Shown here piece after piece: positions 39,715-52,830 of a stretch of DNA of 64,000 nucleotides; the stretch's first letter is position 1; each line of letters opens with the position of its first letter. Location of the stretch: contig NC_090597.1 in assembly GCF_000497125.1 (NCBI RefSeq), forward strand, positions 1,685,797-1,749,796. Direction: 5' to 3'. Below the pieces are notes generated by a model. It was given only the letters and a program-made list of their open reading frames with translations. It did not search any database and was not told the origin of the DNA. Origin of the DNA: Spironucleus salmonicida (lineage: Eukaryota). Made by a program: the position numbers and the translations under genes.

Positions 39715-41181
39715 TCATTCGATTTATAATAACTCAAGAAATGCATCCAGATATACTGATTATATTTTTCTCTAAGCTATTAATTTTGGATATGCTGTTT
39801 TAGAACCTATTTTTATTTCATTAAAAGACTATTTTTAGTCTTTTAAATCAAAAACTAAATTATTAATTTTAAAATAATTCCATCTTTAAATAAAGGACTT
39901 AATAAGTTCGATAGATGTAGCATATTATTTTCTAATTAGGCATTTTGAAATCTCTAACAATATTATTTAAGGTGGACACTCTTATACATGTTAAATTATA
40001 AATAATTTATCGTCGATGTTCAATAATTTTAAGTAAATATTAAAACAAGAATATTATTTAGTTATTAAAGATTTTAATATATTTGATGCAATAGGCTAAT
40101 TTACTACAATATTTTATGTAATTACCTCCAATACATCAATAGTAATCTTACTTTCTTAGACGTTAAGAATTTGCTTGAGATCAAATTTTCTATCTTTTTA
40201 AACAATAGATACGTTCTCCAATACTTATATATTTGTTATAAGATATACTAATGAGTTGAGAATAAAGCAACTCTCATGTATATCCTATGAACTTTAACCT
40301 GCAGTATACGGAAATGATGAAATGATTTCGTCTCTAAAACCAGTACTTATCTATACGTCTAAAAATTATTAAATATAATGAACTAATATTAAAAGGGATA
40401 TAAGGAATTATGTTTCATGTTTCAAAAGAAGAGGTTAAAGAATATTTTTTAATTTAAATACATCATGAATTTACTGAAGAAGATCCGTATTAGAGTGTTA
40501 TGTAATAATATTTTCGTGCATTGTTAAATCCCACTACGTGGAAGGATTAACATATAAGTTACTATTTTAAGTATTTTGTTAATCTTCAATTATCCAAATA
40601 AGAATAACAATAATTTTAGGAGCAATCTATTCATCCTGTAAGCAGAATGCAAAATCAGAAATTTGATTAATACTACACAGTTTTGCCATATTTTAGTTCA
40701 TTTCTTTTATAAAAACTCTCTTTGTATCTAAAAATGACTAATTTAATATTAATTTAACATTAATCTAAAAAATAGTCTGATATTACTTAAACAAAATAGT
40801 GAAAGTATCTACTAAATAAGATAAAAGCTAAGCAGCTGCTGTGAAAACTTATGGGTCTATATCATGTAAAGAATGAAAAATACATTATAACAAATAATTA
40901 GATCTAGATGGAATTAATTAGTTTGGAGTTTTCTCTAAAATAGACTTTAACATCATGTAAGCATCCTTTCTATTTTTAGCTGTTGAAGAAGTGGTTTGTT
41001 TTAAGAGATGTTCAGCTGTGTTTTGATTTTACGAAATTTGTTTAAGAGTTTTATAAGATAAGGATAAATTTGTTAATTTAGTATTAGCCTTTAATTCTCC
41101 TACTTTAGTTTTTGAAATCTTAAAATCTTCACTTTTGTTTTTTACTATTTTTGTTTAATGCGTTTTCTTTTTGCTAGGCAT
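39715..41181 (-). CDS. IPI1: Pre-60S factor Ipi1/TEX10-like, ~488 aa
   Basis: MPSKKK...EDFKISKTKVG...TNLSLSYK N-terminal signature, then HEAT-like helices. Confidence 0.7.
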
Positions 41182-41251
41182 CAAAGAAAAGAAAAAATAT
41201 TATTTATAGTATATACAATATAATAATATTTCGTATACTTTACTGGGTATA

Positions 41252-41551
41252 ATGATTCAATCAATTGGTAAAAAAGTATTATTTTCAGCTATTAATCCAT
41301 AAACCCTATCATCATGTGCTACCTCATGTGCAACATGTCCATCTTTTTCTTCTTGCTAAACGAATAAATAATCAAATTAGCAGCCTGATACAGAGGGAGC
41401 AATAGGAGTGTCTTCTTAATCTCAAGCTTAAGTAGTTGATACTTAACAATACAACCACATTTAAATAGGATAATAAAAATTAAAAATCTAAGTATAATCC
41501 ATAAGAACATAGTCTTTAACAGATTGGGCTATTTATTAATATGGCAAGTGA
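41252..41551 (+). CDS. Small Cys-cluster protein, ~99 aa
   Basis: MIQSIGKK...CATSCATCPSFSSC...YGK; ends AAG TGA. Confidence 0.55.
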
Positions 41552-41553
41552 TT

Positions 41554-43698
41554 TCAATCAATCATTGATATTTTATTAATTTCCATACAAACTTCTTTCT
41601 ACCATCCTTCTTAACAAATCCAATATCCATATATAGGTCTTACATCGATATTCTCTATTTCTATATATCCTTCTTTTTCTTCACCGCAACCAAATAAATC
41701 AATCACGTTAGTGATTCCCATTTTATTTTAAGGCTTATTTTCTGTCATCTGGATCATCTTATCTAAAATAAATAACTAAACTTTGTCTGCCTCTCGGGGC
41801 GCTTAAACCTCTAAATAGTAGCCGGTTTATTGTTCTAATACAGGTGTTTTAATCCCATTAGCACTCTTCAATAATGAAATCTTTAATTCTTCAGAAGATA
41901 AAGCACCTAACGATTCCACTATAGTCTTTTCTTCATCTAATAACTCGGCACTGGCTTAAATTTTTATTTTAGATTTTACTTTTTCTAATTATAGGCACTA
42001 CTTCAATATAACAAACTGTGAATCATCGCCCTATAAAATTGAATTAAGTAATGTAGTTCTGCATATAAATGATCCATCTATACGTTTTACGAAACAATTT
42101 CCAAATAAAGTTTCTAGCCTTGCCTTTAATTTATCAACTGAAAATTAAACATCACATCCTAATGTTGTTACAAAAGTTTGAGTAGGATAACTTTAATCGA
42201 TAATTTCAAAATCTATTCCACTCTACTTAATGTGTACCAATTGTTTATCCTGTTGGATAAATTATTCAAATGGTTGAGACTATGCATTATATTATGCCTA
42301 AATAGATTTTTATATTTTTATCTTAACAGCTTCTCCATTATCTGGAACAGAAATTTTCATATCTTTCATTTCAGAATAATCTGTATCCGGGTCATCTTTT
42401 TCTCGTAGCCCATTATGATATAAATCAATTAAATGAGCTTCTAGATTAGATAACGCTCCCTTAGATCCATGTATTAAAACTAGGTGTTTTGGCCTTAGTG
42501 TTTCTAATAATTTCATAGTTTATGTTACATCAGAGTGTGCCGAAAATGATAATTCTAAAATTCTTATCTTTAATGGCACTAATGTACCATCTTTCTTTTT
42601 AATTTATGTAGGCTTTTCTTTTGAATTTAATAATAAACTTAGAAATGATCCTTCGGCTCCATATCCGGTTACTAATAATAAATTCTTATCTTAACCAGCC
42701 ATTTCATCAAAAAATGTTCTAGACACACCAGACTAAAGCATACCAGGGGTACAAAATATAACGCATGGTTTATTTTTCTATATAGTGAGTGCATCTGTCT
42801 CATGTTATACATATCTTTCTTCTTTAGAAAAATCTTTACCAATAGTTGAGATATAATAAATTGGAAATTTCTATAGTTCTAGATGTTAATGCCAATGATT
42901 ATCTAGTATTCTTAAAAGTTCCTATACTCGACCAATTGCAAAAACTGGCAACAAAACTCTACCATCTTTCTAAAGAGTATCAACTATTGAATCAATAAAT
43001 TTTATTTCTCGAAGTTTTCTATCAGTATGTTTCATTGTACCGTAAGTACCTTCTGTAATTAATACATCAGGTCTAAGTTTTTACGGTAATTCTGCCATTT
43101 TCAAATGTAAATCTTGCTCCATAGAATAATCACCTGTATAGAAACATGAAAACCCAGCAATTTCAATATGAAACATACAAGCTCCTATAACGTGACCGGC
43201 TGGATATGCAACTAAAGAAATATTATGTTTTAACTTGACAAACTCATTAAAAGCAATAGTTTTTATACATTTTTTTACTTTTTCAACTGCCGCATCCGCA
43301 GTAGATTTCCTTTAATCTTTAGGTATATGGTGAAACAATTTATTAGAATGTATCATATCCTTAAGATTAAGAAGCATTATAGTTCTAGTATCACTTGTCA
43401 TGTAAATTGGCGGTGGGTTTTTCATTGAAGAAATGAAAAATGGGAGAGCAGACACATGATCATTATGAAAATGAGAAATTAAAATAAAATCTATCTCTTA
43501 ATCTATTAAATCGAAGAATGGTAATGCAGGTATATCTGATAGAGCATTATCCTCAGATATAGAAGGATTAATTCCACAATCCATTAAAAACGCCGCTTTT
43601 GTACCTGCTCTATCAAATTTAACATAAAAGCAGCTTCTGCCAACTTCTCGTCCGGCGCCTAATGGCATAACTTAGAATACATTTTATTCCTCTTGCAT
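41554..43698 (-). CDS. CPSF3: beta-CASP metallo-beta-lactamase nuclease CPSF73/Ysh1, ~714 aa
   Basis: PLGAGREVGRSC, SHFHNDH, AGHVIGACM, YTGDYS, PVFAIGRVQEL, PGMLQSG, FSAHSD, LIHG. Confidence 0.92.
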
Positions 43699-43765
43699 TT
43701 AAAAAGAAAAGTATATAAAACTAAACTCTTTCTATATTATAATATATAAACTATAGCGATTTACA

Positions 43766-44863
43766 ATGAATTTGAATTTTATTAAAGTCTAGGAAGAAGA
43801 TTTATTTAACTAAGAAAATTGTTATTTTACTTCTCAGTAGTTATTAAATTAGTTTGATATAACACATAGAGAAATACGGTAGTTATAGGCTGGCACATAT
43901 ATGATTATTCCAAAACATAATTAGTTATTAATTTCATTAAATAAAATACCTTTAATAGTGCTCCCTACTTAATTATTAATATTATAGCTGAATAATGATT
44001 GTGTTACATTTACCTCATAGTTTTCAACATTAATGGAAGAAGTTAATCAATCATAATAAATTTGGGAACTTGCTGTATTTGAAACTCTATTATTATATCT
44101 AAATAAAATTATGAATGAAAACTATGTTTAAATATTAGTTCAGTTCAACGCTTTCAAGTATCAAGATCATACTAATTTGAATTTTATTCTTTAAAAAGTC
44201 AAATCTATTTGTCAGAAAATGGAAAATATTTTGGAAGATGTTTTACAAAATGAGTAACTTTTAGCATAACTAGCATTTATTAATTAGAAAGTAATTTTAA
44301 ATGCGAATGCATTAAATTAGTCATGTTCAGATCTATCTTCTCAGAGTAAGCTAATACACACATAATCTAGGTCCAAACTCAATACTATTTTTTAAAAAGA
44401 CTATAATTAGGATGAATTATCTAGATTGCCTTTATCTTTAGAAGCACTTATTGATATTATCGATTCATATAAAATCCAATTTCATTCAATATTTATTGAA
44501 TCATGTGAAATGGATCTTAAAGTAGATCTTAAAATATTATAGACTTAGATAAAGCTTGATATTTAAAGAAATTTCATAGTAAATTTTTCTTTAAATTAAA
44601 AAATTATAAATGTAGCGTTAACTGCTTCTAGTCTTATAGGCGGTATTTTTGGCATGAATTTATTAAATCCTTGGTCTTTTGATAGACCTACAACAAACAA
44701 TTCACCGTTACCGTTCATATGTTCGGTAGTTGGGACAGTTACTATATTTTTTGGGTTTTTGTTATCATTAAATTATCTGAGTTTACCATCTCGGAATAAA
44801 TTTGCCGATAAGAAACGAGAAGCTTTCAAATTTTTGAGAAAAAGATATGAGAATATAAATTGA
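43766..44863 (+). CDS. CorA/Mrs2-family Mg2+ transporter, ~365 aa
   Basis: C-terminal TM-GIFGMNL-TM signature. Confidence 0.88.
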
Positions 44864-44867
44864 TATT

Positions 44868-45500
44868 TCACTTTATAAGTTCGACGTAAATATTTTTTAC
44901 TATACCTTCAATATTTCCAACTCGACTCCACAAATCATCTACTTTTGCATCTAACCTTTGAATTGCCTCTAACATTTTATTCTAAATCATAATAAATTCA
45001 GGGCCTATCTATATTTTTTACTAACACAACATATCTAATGTATTATTTTCCTGTTTCTGATGAGATGAGAATCTCTCAGCAGCATCTAGTTAATTTTCTT
45101 CCACTTTTGTTCTAAAATGATTTTTTGAAACCAGTTTCAAAATATCCACAAACACTCCAATCATGCGTATTTTCATAGCTGAAAAAGATTTCCTTTTCCA
45201 TTACTCATAAGGTAATATCGAGAAATAAACAGATTTAATTTATTTTTAATGCTTTTGAATAAAATTAGCAAATATATTGTACCATTAGTCATCTTTAAAA
45301 TGATTAAGAGGTGTAAAAATTGCTTCATCTATTAATATTTAATGTAAATTCAAAGAAACAGAATTTATAATTTTTTAGACTAAAATGATTAATTACTTTG
45401 GTTCAGCATCTGTATATACGTCTGGGTTTATATAAATATTTGGTTCAACAAATCCCCGCAATTTTGCTTCCAAAGCACGACATTCCGCAGAAATTTCCAT
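44868..45500 (-). CDS. CEP44: CEP44-like centrosomal protein, ~210 aa
   Basis: DAEPKQLIILV...FKDDQWY...EQWKRKSFSAMKIRMIGVFVDI, then a short coiled coil. Confidence 0.55.
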
Positions 45501-45553
45501 TTTTTGATAGATTTTGCATATTAATATATTATATTATATAAGATAAACAAATT

Positions 45554-46174
45554 TCATAAAATTGATTGTCTTTCGTAAATTCTTCTTCTTGTGATAACTT
45601 CTTAAATTTCATCCTCTTGGCATCTTAAGCAATCGAATACGGTCTCTATTTCAAATTAGCTACAATTACCTACCCAGATCATACCATTAATTCCAATAAA
45701 ACAATCAAATTTAACGTATTTTGATATTTGTACCATAAATTAATCATTTAAAATTTTACTAGATTTATGTGGGGATAATTAGAGTATACGGCCTTCTAAT
45801 AATTATTTTTACACTTTAAGCTATGTTTAATGTCCTGCTTTGCAAAACTTTACAACACCGGCAATGAAATCGCCTGGCTAAAGTGAAGACTTTTATGTAT
45901 CGCTCTGAGCGACAAAAGCTGGTATATTATTATTTATATCAACTAAAAATCCACCTGAACATCTTTATATAACAGTTCCAACTACAGGATGGTCTTTAAT
46001 TGGATAATAAAGCTAGTTAATAAATTTAGAAGAAATTTACAAAGGTTGAAACTCAGATATAATTCCAACTGCAGTAAATAGATATTTTTTTCTGTGCAAT
46101 ATAATTGATTAGTCTATAATATCTAACCTATCAGAATCTTTTGAGTAAATATCACCTGGAAAAATAAGTGTCAT
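45554..46174 (-). CDS. RRP40: Exosome cap subunit Rrp40/Rrp4, ~206 aa
   Basis: LIFPGD; S1 domain YYPIKDHPVVGTV...FLVDI...LQPGD; KH motif FIGINGMIWV. Confidence 0.8.
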
Positions 46175-46210
46175 AAAAGAAGTGGTGTATAATTAAATAT
46201 AATATATTAA

Positions 46211-46759
46211 TCAGTCATTGAAAAATAAATCTAACAAAGTTTTCATTAAGTATCTATTTCTTGACGCCACTTATGCGGAGATACTTATAATTACATTATC
46301 AATATTTATCTTTATATCTCCATCCAAGTGACTAATAATATCATATTCAAAAATACGATTATATAACAGTTTATATAATTGCTTAGATAAACGTTGGACT
46401 TACTTAACCGTTGTAGGTTCATCGTCTAGTATCTACACTAAAGAGTCTAAAACAGTTTAATCCTAAAAATTTTTAAGAATAAATTTTTAAGAAATAAAAT
46501 CAAGACTAATAGCTCTTTAAAACCCGTTAAAATCTAATACTGCCATTAGTTTATCTTGATAAATATATTTAACTATTTTATTCGCCCCTATAAGAGGATT
46601 TTATAATATAAACTATTTAACTATTCTCAAATTAATCTTAATGCCATTTTATTCTATCAGCTTTTTTAAATTATAAGATCTCATTAGTATTTATCGCTTA
46701 TTAATTATTTCTGTAATCTCTAATAATAATTACATATCTTTTCGAGAAATATTTTTCAT
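46211..46759 (-). CDS. Hypothetical protein, ~182 aa
   Basis: Open frame MKNISRKDMQLLLEI...LLDLFFND TGA. Confidence 0.5.
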
Positions 46760-46796
46760 TATTAATATATATCGGTTATGAATTAGTATATAATAT

Positions 46797-48818
46797 TCAC
46801 ACTAGATTAAAAAGGCTTTTTACAAGCTTGATCTTACCATATTCATCTACTTTAATATAATTAAGATAAATTGTATCATCCGTTTCAACATAAAGTTTAC
46901 CTGTATAAATAGATAGAAATATATTCTTCAATTTGACTCTATAAAAAGCTATTAAGAATTTGAACAATTTTTAAGATTAAAATAATTAAATATAGTTTAG
47001 CATTTCCTTAGTCTTCATAATATTTATAGACTAAGTATTTATAACAATTTATATTCTATCCTTAAGTGAAGCTATTTATGCATCATAAATATTATTACTT
47101 AATACATGGTGATAGCATAAATAATTTATTTTTTTAATGTTACACTTAATATTTTAAACTTATAATACATCTTTTAATTATAATATTGCTAGCTATTTAA
47201 ATTAAACTCCAAAGTCTTAAATATCATGATTTTTTTAGTCAACTGATTATTAATATGATATCCTCTTAAAAAAAGATAGTCTGGAGTCAATATTTTTAAT
47301 AACATTTAATTATGTAAATGATACTCTTTAATTTTAAATACTGACCTTATTTAAACTGTGATAATCGATAAAATTGCTTATAGAACTAATACTACTTAGT
47401 CTAAACTAGTAATCCTCTTTTCTATCAAGTAATAAAGCCGATAACTCAATAGTAAATATTTCCTATAAATAAAAACTAACACAGATTTAGTAATGCTGTT
47501 AATTACCATCCAAATACAGTACATATTTAAAATTATACTATGGATTGTCGATTGTGTTTACTAATTTTATAAATATTTTACATTCTTCATAGATATCTTA
47601 AAATATACTAGCAATAACATAAATAAGTTATTACTGTCCTTACTTATATTATATACCGTTTTCTGTAATGATATACGTTCCACACGCGTATTCTTCATTT
47701 AAATACAAGTTTATATTTTTTGAAGGATCAGGTAAAAATAAAAACTAATGTAAAACTTCCGAATAAATTGAATTATCTAATACATTGATACTTACAAAAG
47801 AAAATTTAAAAATATATTTAATTTAAATTACAATTTTATCTATTATTTTTTCTTAAAATAAGTACTATAATCCGTAGTCTTATTAATAACTGGATAATAT
47901 TGTCTTCTTAATATCCTCTATTAATGTTAATTTTTCTGCTGATATTTCTTTACTAAACTAAACCCAATTAAGTATATCATAAAGATTCAGAGAAACTGTT
48001 AAATAATATTAATTTTTTAATTGAATATACTCTAAAATATTAGATACATTATACTACTAGCACAACAATAATAAAATATTAGGTAAAAGAATAACATTAA
48101 TTTTTACTGCAAACTAATTATCATATTTATACACATTAACGATTTAATCATTATTTATGAATATAATCTCCTTTAATTACGATAATTCTATATCTCTATC
48201 AGCTAACAATTATATTCCTGGATTAATATCATCATCTGAGAAAGCAAAAATAATAATTTGAAATAAAATTTTAAATAATATAAAAATGGCTAAAAATATT
48301 TATTATGTGAATAATTATTAAATATTATAGTGGACTTATATCTAAGTCATTAAATATTATGTAATAACTTAAATTAAATTACATTTCGTTATCATAGAGT
48401 CAAAGCCTATACGTGGTATAAATAACTCAAATTTTTATAGTAAATATTCAGTGTCGTCCATTAAACTTACGATTGATAATCTAAAAATATTTTATAATAC
48501 ATTATCATTCAGGTTTGAAAAGTACACACATACAATTATTGAATAAAATGTCTCTAACTAAGTATGATCCTTGACCCCAAATGTGATAACTAGTTCTTCT
48601 AAATGAATATTAACACAAATTAGAAATCCATTTAACTAAAATATAGAAATGTCTAATATGTCCTATATACTAAATGACTATGACTAAATTTATTTAACAA
48701 TTTCGATAAAAATTTCATCTTTTTAATTTAAATAGATTAAAATTCCTCTTAAATGCCAAACTTTTCTATGCTAAGATCTTCTATGTAATAATCCAGAGAA
48801 TATCAACTATTTATCCAT
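46797..48818 (-). CDS. N-terminal PH-domain-like protein, ~673 aa
   Basis: LIFSGLLHRRSQHRKVWHLRGILI resembles PH beta1-beta2; frame spot-checked. Confidence 0.55.
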
Positions 48819-48866
48819 AAATCTATTCAATAATATATATGTATATAATTAATATCACATACTAAA

Positions 48867-49424
48867 ATGTTAGTTATAGATTTTCAAAATATTGATGTTA
48901 AAGAATTGCCAGAGTTATTACCAGAAGACTCCAATTGTTAAAAAAGAAAACCTACAGATTATTAAGATAATATTCCAGAATAATATCATGCTAAATAATT
49001 TGGATTAAATTTAAGATCATGTAATATATAATCTCTATTTGGCTTAGGTTAGTTAGTTTTTGAAACTGTTTGGGTGCCAGATAATTTAGTATATTTAGAC
49101 GTCTCGTCAAATTAACTCACATCCATGAAAGGTGTAGAAGAATGTCCAAATTTGAAAATATTTTATGCCTAAGGGAATAATATATCAGATATTAATGAAG
49201 TGCAATTGCTTTTGTAATTGAGGGAACTTTAGAGTATTAAGCTGCATGGAAACCCAATTATACTTTTAAGTAATTTTAGATAATATTTAATTGAAACTTT
49301 ACCTTGGCTAAAAAATATTGATAGCGTGCCTGTTACGAGTAATGATAAGGTATGGGCTGACTATAATAAATCACTAGGTAATATTGATCTCAAAAAACGT
49401 AATAATGTTGTTTTAAGAAAGTGA
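48867..49424 (+). CDS. LRRC51: Leucine-rich repeat protein LRRC51-like, 185 aa
   Basis: LVYLDVSSNQL, LKIFYAQGNNI, LQSIKLHGNPI, LRRcap LKNIDSVPVT. Confidence 0.8.
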
Positions 49425-49429
49425 TCACT
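49420..49429. terminator. Palindromic AGTGATCACT: abutting stop / putative poly(A) signals of two convergent genes
   Basis: TGA 49422-49424 (+) directly abuts TGA 49427-49425 (-), each within AGTGA. Confidence 0.65.
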
Positions 49430-51488
49430 ATCTATTTTTTAGAATTTGAAGTATTTATATTTGGCTATCTTAGAGTAATTCATGAGTATAGTTACTTAAA
49501 TAATTTACCAGTATATTTAACTAATCAGATTTATATTATTACTAAATTTCAATTTTCATTTCTGATTTAATAATCTGCAGCACGCCTATTTCTTATGCAT
49601 TAAATTAATATCCCCTTTAAGTTTGAGCTATAATAAAGCTTAAGCTATAATCCACTAATAAGTTGATATCAAGGATATTAACTTAATATCTATTGCTTTC
49701 AAATATCTCTAATAATATCATAACTATATCTGGGAAATATTCAGTCTAATTAAGATCTGTTATAAAATAATGGAAGAATTACTCTAAATAATTTTTATAA
49801 ATAAAAAGATTAGTATCATATGATTATACTTTTAACGCTATATTGCTAGGATTTAATTTTTTAGTTTAAGAAAAATTTATCTGACAAATAGTTATTATGG
49901 TATTAAATAAATCATCATATGAACTAACAATTTATATAGACTAAAAGAAATATGTAACTATTTTACGCTGATATAATAAAGTTAGCGAAGAATTTTCTAT
50001 ACAATTTGATAACCGGATCATAATTTTGTGTAAGTTTTATTTGCTATTCGCAAGTGCTTAAATTTATTATTAATATAATAATAAAATTTTCTTGGAATCA
50101 TCATTTATTAAAATAAACGTTTAATTTATTGATAAAACTAAGTTTTCTACCGATAAACTTTATATATGTTATTTTTCTGCCTTTGTGGCCTTGGCAACAA
50201 TGAAATATATATATCCATAAATATCATTGCTTATTATATTCTCTGAAATAAGGATTAAGATATCAGTAAAATATTCAATTGAAATATCTAACTTTACAAA
50301 ATTATCTATTTATTTCCAAGTAGGAATGTGAACTTTTCTTATAATATCATAGAATTCACAGTATTAAATAATAACTAGAGTCCGCTTAGAAGTTTAACGT
50401 AATGTAAGATAATTATTTAAGTATATATTTATAATTGAACTTTTAGTATTTAAAAATATTATATCTTTATATTTTTAACTTATTTCTAAGTGAGCTATCT
50501 GATCTAAACAATTATAATCCAATGAATAATTATAATTTTTTTATTGTTCTGCCATCAACAACCCATATACTTATTAATAAACACCAGATAATTTTTCATA
50601 GATATCTTTAGAAAATATGATTTTATCTCCTTATAAAATAAATTAGTTGAGCTAAGAAATCTATAATCCATCGAATAAATTCATATTGTTTAATATATAC
50701 TCATTCGTGAATAAATTTTACATAATTTAAAATGCTATCGCCTCATTAATGGCAAATGTGGTGAAGTCTAATAATTTTATTTTTTCCGAAAGTGTTGGTT
50801 GAACTTTAGATAAATACTTAAAAAGAAAGGAGTTAAGAGGCAACAAATTATTCTATATGTTTTAATATGAGTATAAATAAAATTCAAACATATTTTAAAT
50901 AAAAAATTCATAAGAAGGTTTTTCTTAACTTATTTTTGAATAGAACTATTTCTTTGATTAAATATTATTTGGTGATATCTAAATTAATTAATTTATTATT
51001 TTACCGGCCTTTTAATCCTAAAATTTACATATACCATTTGCTATTTCTACATTAAAAGGTGGAATTATATCTAAATAGTAATATTATTCTGGATAAAGTA
51101 TTAAGCTTGAAATATAAATATTATTGATTCTAGTTTAAATTATATACTTAGATAAAGCTTATTAACTTATGTCTGAAAGTTGATTCATAAGTTATCTTAT
51201 CTATATTTCATCTAAATAATGATTTAATTCTAACTCTTCATCAAAATTTAAGGAAAAGCATATTTATAAAAGATCTAATCTTTATGGCTCCTTAAGAGTA
51301 TCCCATATTAAAAATAATGGCTTGATAACACTAATAATTATAGCAGAAAAGGTTTTTAATAAATAAACTTTATCTAAAAGTTTAAAAATCTTTTCCACAT
51401 TATTGATATTACTTGATATTTCGTAAATAGACACATCAATATGTTAAGTTAGATATACTAAAGCTTCTTCTAAAAATATTTATTTCAT
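49425..51488 (-). CDS. Hypothetical protein, ~687 aa
   Basis: ATG (MKQIFLEEALVYL) in frame with a TAG TGA end. Confidence 0.5.
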
Positions 51489-51535
51489 TTTAAGTAATAT
51501 TATATTTATAATATATAATAAAATATCTCAATAAA

Positions 51536-52030
51536 ATGTTAAGAATTATTATTTTTTACTTCATTATTTCACTATCCATATTCAAATATAATCAGGACAT
51601 TTTAATAGATTAAATTTTTATCGCTACTTCTATTATCCCTTCTTTCCTAGTAAGAAAGTAAATGTAGAAAATTTCTTATTATTAAATTATATTCCTATGT
51701 TCAATACTGCCTATTATAAAGTAGACTACAATTTAAAGAGACTATTTTATATCATTTATAGCTTCTACAGTAACATACTTTATTTTTTAATTTGTGTCCA
51801 AACTTAAATTTAAAGCGGATATGAAAATGCTAGGAGCACTTACTGCTGCAATTGTAACAGCAATATGCCTATTAATTTTAAGCATTAATATCTAATAATC
51901 AATTTTCATGTCTGGTCTAGCAGGATTTATCATTTACCTGAGTGTTAAAGATAAAAATATCGAAAACTGCTCTGTTTTGCTAATTTTATTCACTATTTTC
52001 CTTAACAGATATGGTAGATCCATTATATGA
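51536..52030 (+). CDS. Small multi-pass membrane protein, ~164 aa
   Basis: Open hydrophobic frame; KMLGALTAAIV...NIENCSVL weakly recalls the polyprenol-kinase C-terminus. Confidence 0.5.
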
Positions 52031-52040
52031 TAATTTTCAA

Positions 52041-52787
52041 TCACTTATTTACAATACTAAGTTTATGAAGCAAAAACAAGTTTAGACTAGCAAAAATCGC
52101 TATTATAGTAGCTACATATTTTATATTGCAAGATTCGACAATAGATAAATAAAATTTGAATAACATGTTACCCTTACTATGTTTATTTTTCTTTTTAAAT
52201 ATGTCCAAATCAATAAAAGAAAGATTTTCTTATTACTTTTAGTCTTCTAGTTTCGTATCTTAAGTTGATATATCTTTAGTGGTTTCGATTTATTTTACCC
52301 ATTAAATCTATGATTTCTCTAGAAATTCTGCAAAATTCACTACATTCTCAGAATATTTTTTTGCTGGAATTACGATACATGGAATATGATTACAACCAAA
52401 GACAGCAAAATAATTAATATTTTCTTCTAAATATGCAACAGACAGCATGATAGATTAGTTAGATTTATAGTGGGCAACTGCCTGGCGCTTTAAGTTCTTT
52501 TCTGCCTAAGTAAATAGATTTCTAGACGTTACAAAAACAGAAAAATTAATATCTTTAAAGATTTGATAGTTATGTGATGAAAATGTTGGTAGTAGCTAAG
52601 TTCTAAAAAGAGAGGAGAACTAAATAATCGACTACTTATTCATTTCTGTGATCATATTAATCTCGTATTCACCATCTCTAAAAATGAAATAGTCATATGT
52701 ATCTTGTACAATAAACGTATTTGCTGGGACAAATTGTTAGAAGTTATCTGGCCCTGAAAATACTAATTCTGCTAGAATTTGAAACAT
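52041..52787 (-). CDS. Hypothetical protein with C-terminal TM segment, ~248 aa
   Basis: YFAVFGCNHIPCIVI (thioredoxin-like b' flavour) and hydrophobic tail; ends AAG TGA. Confidence 0.5.
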
Positions 52788-52830
52788 TAATTTCAATATT
52801 ATATACATTATTATATATAAATGATATAAA

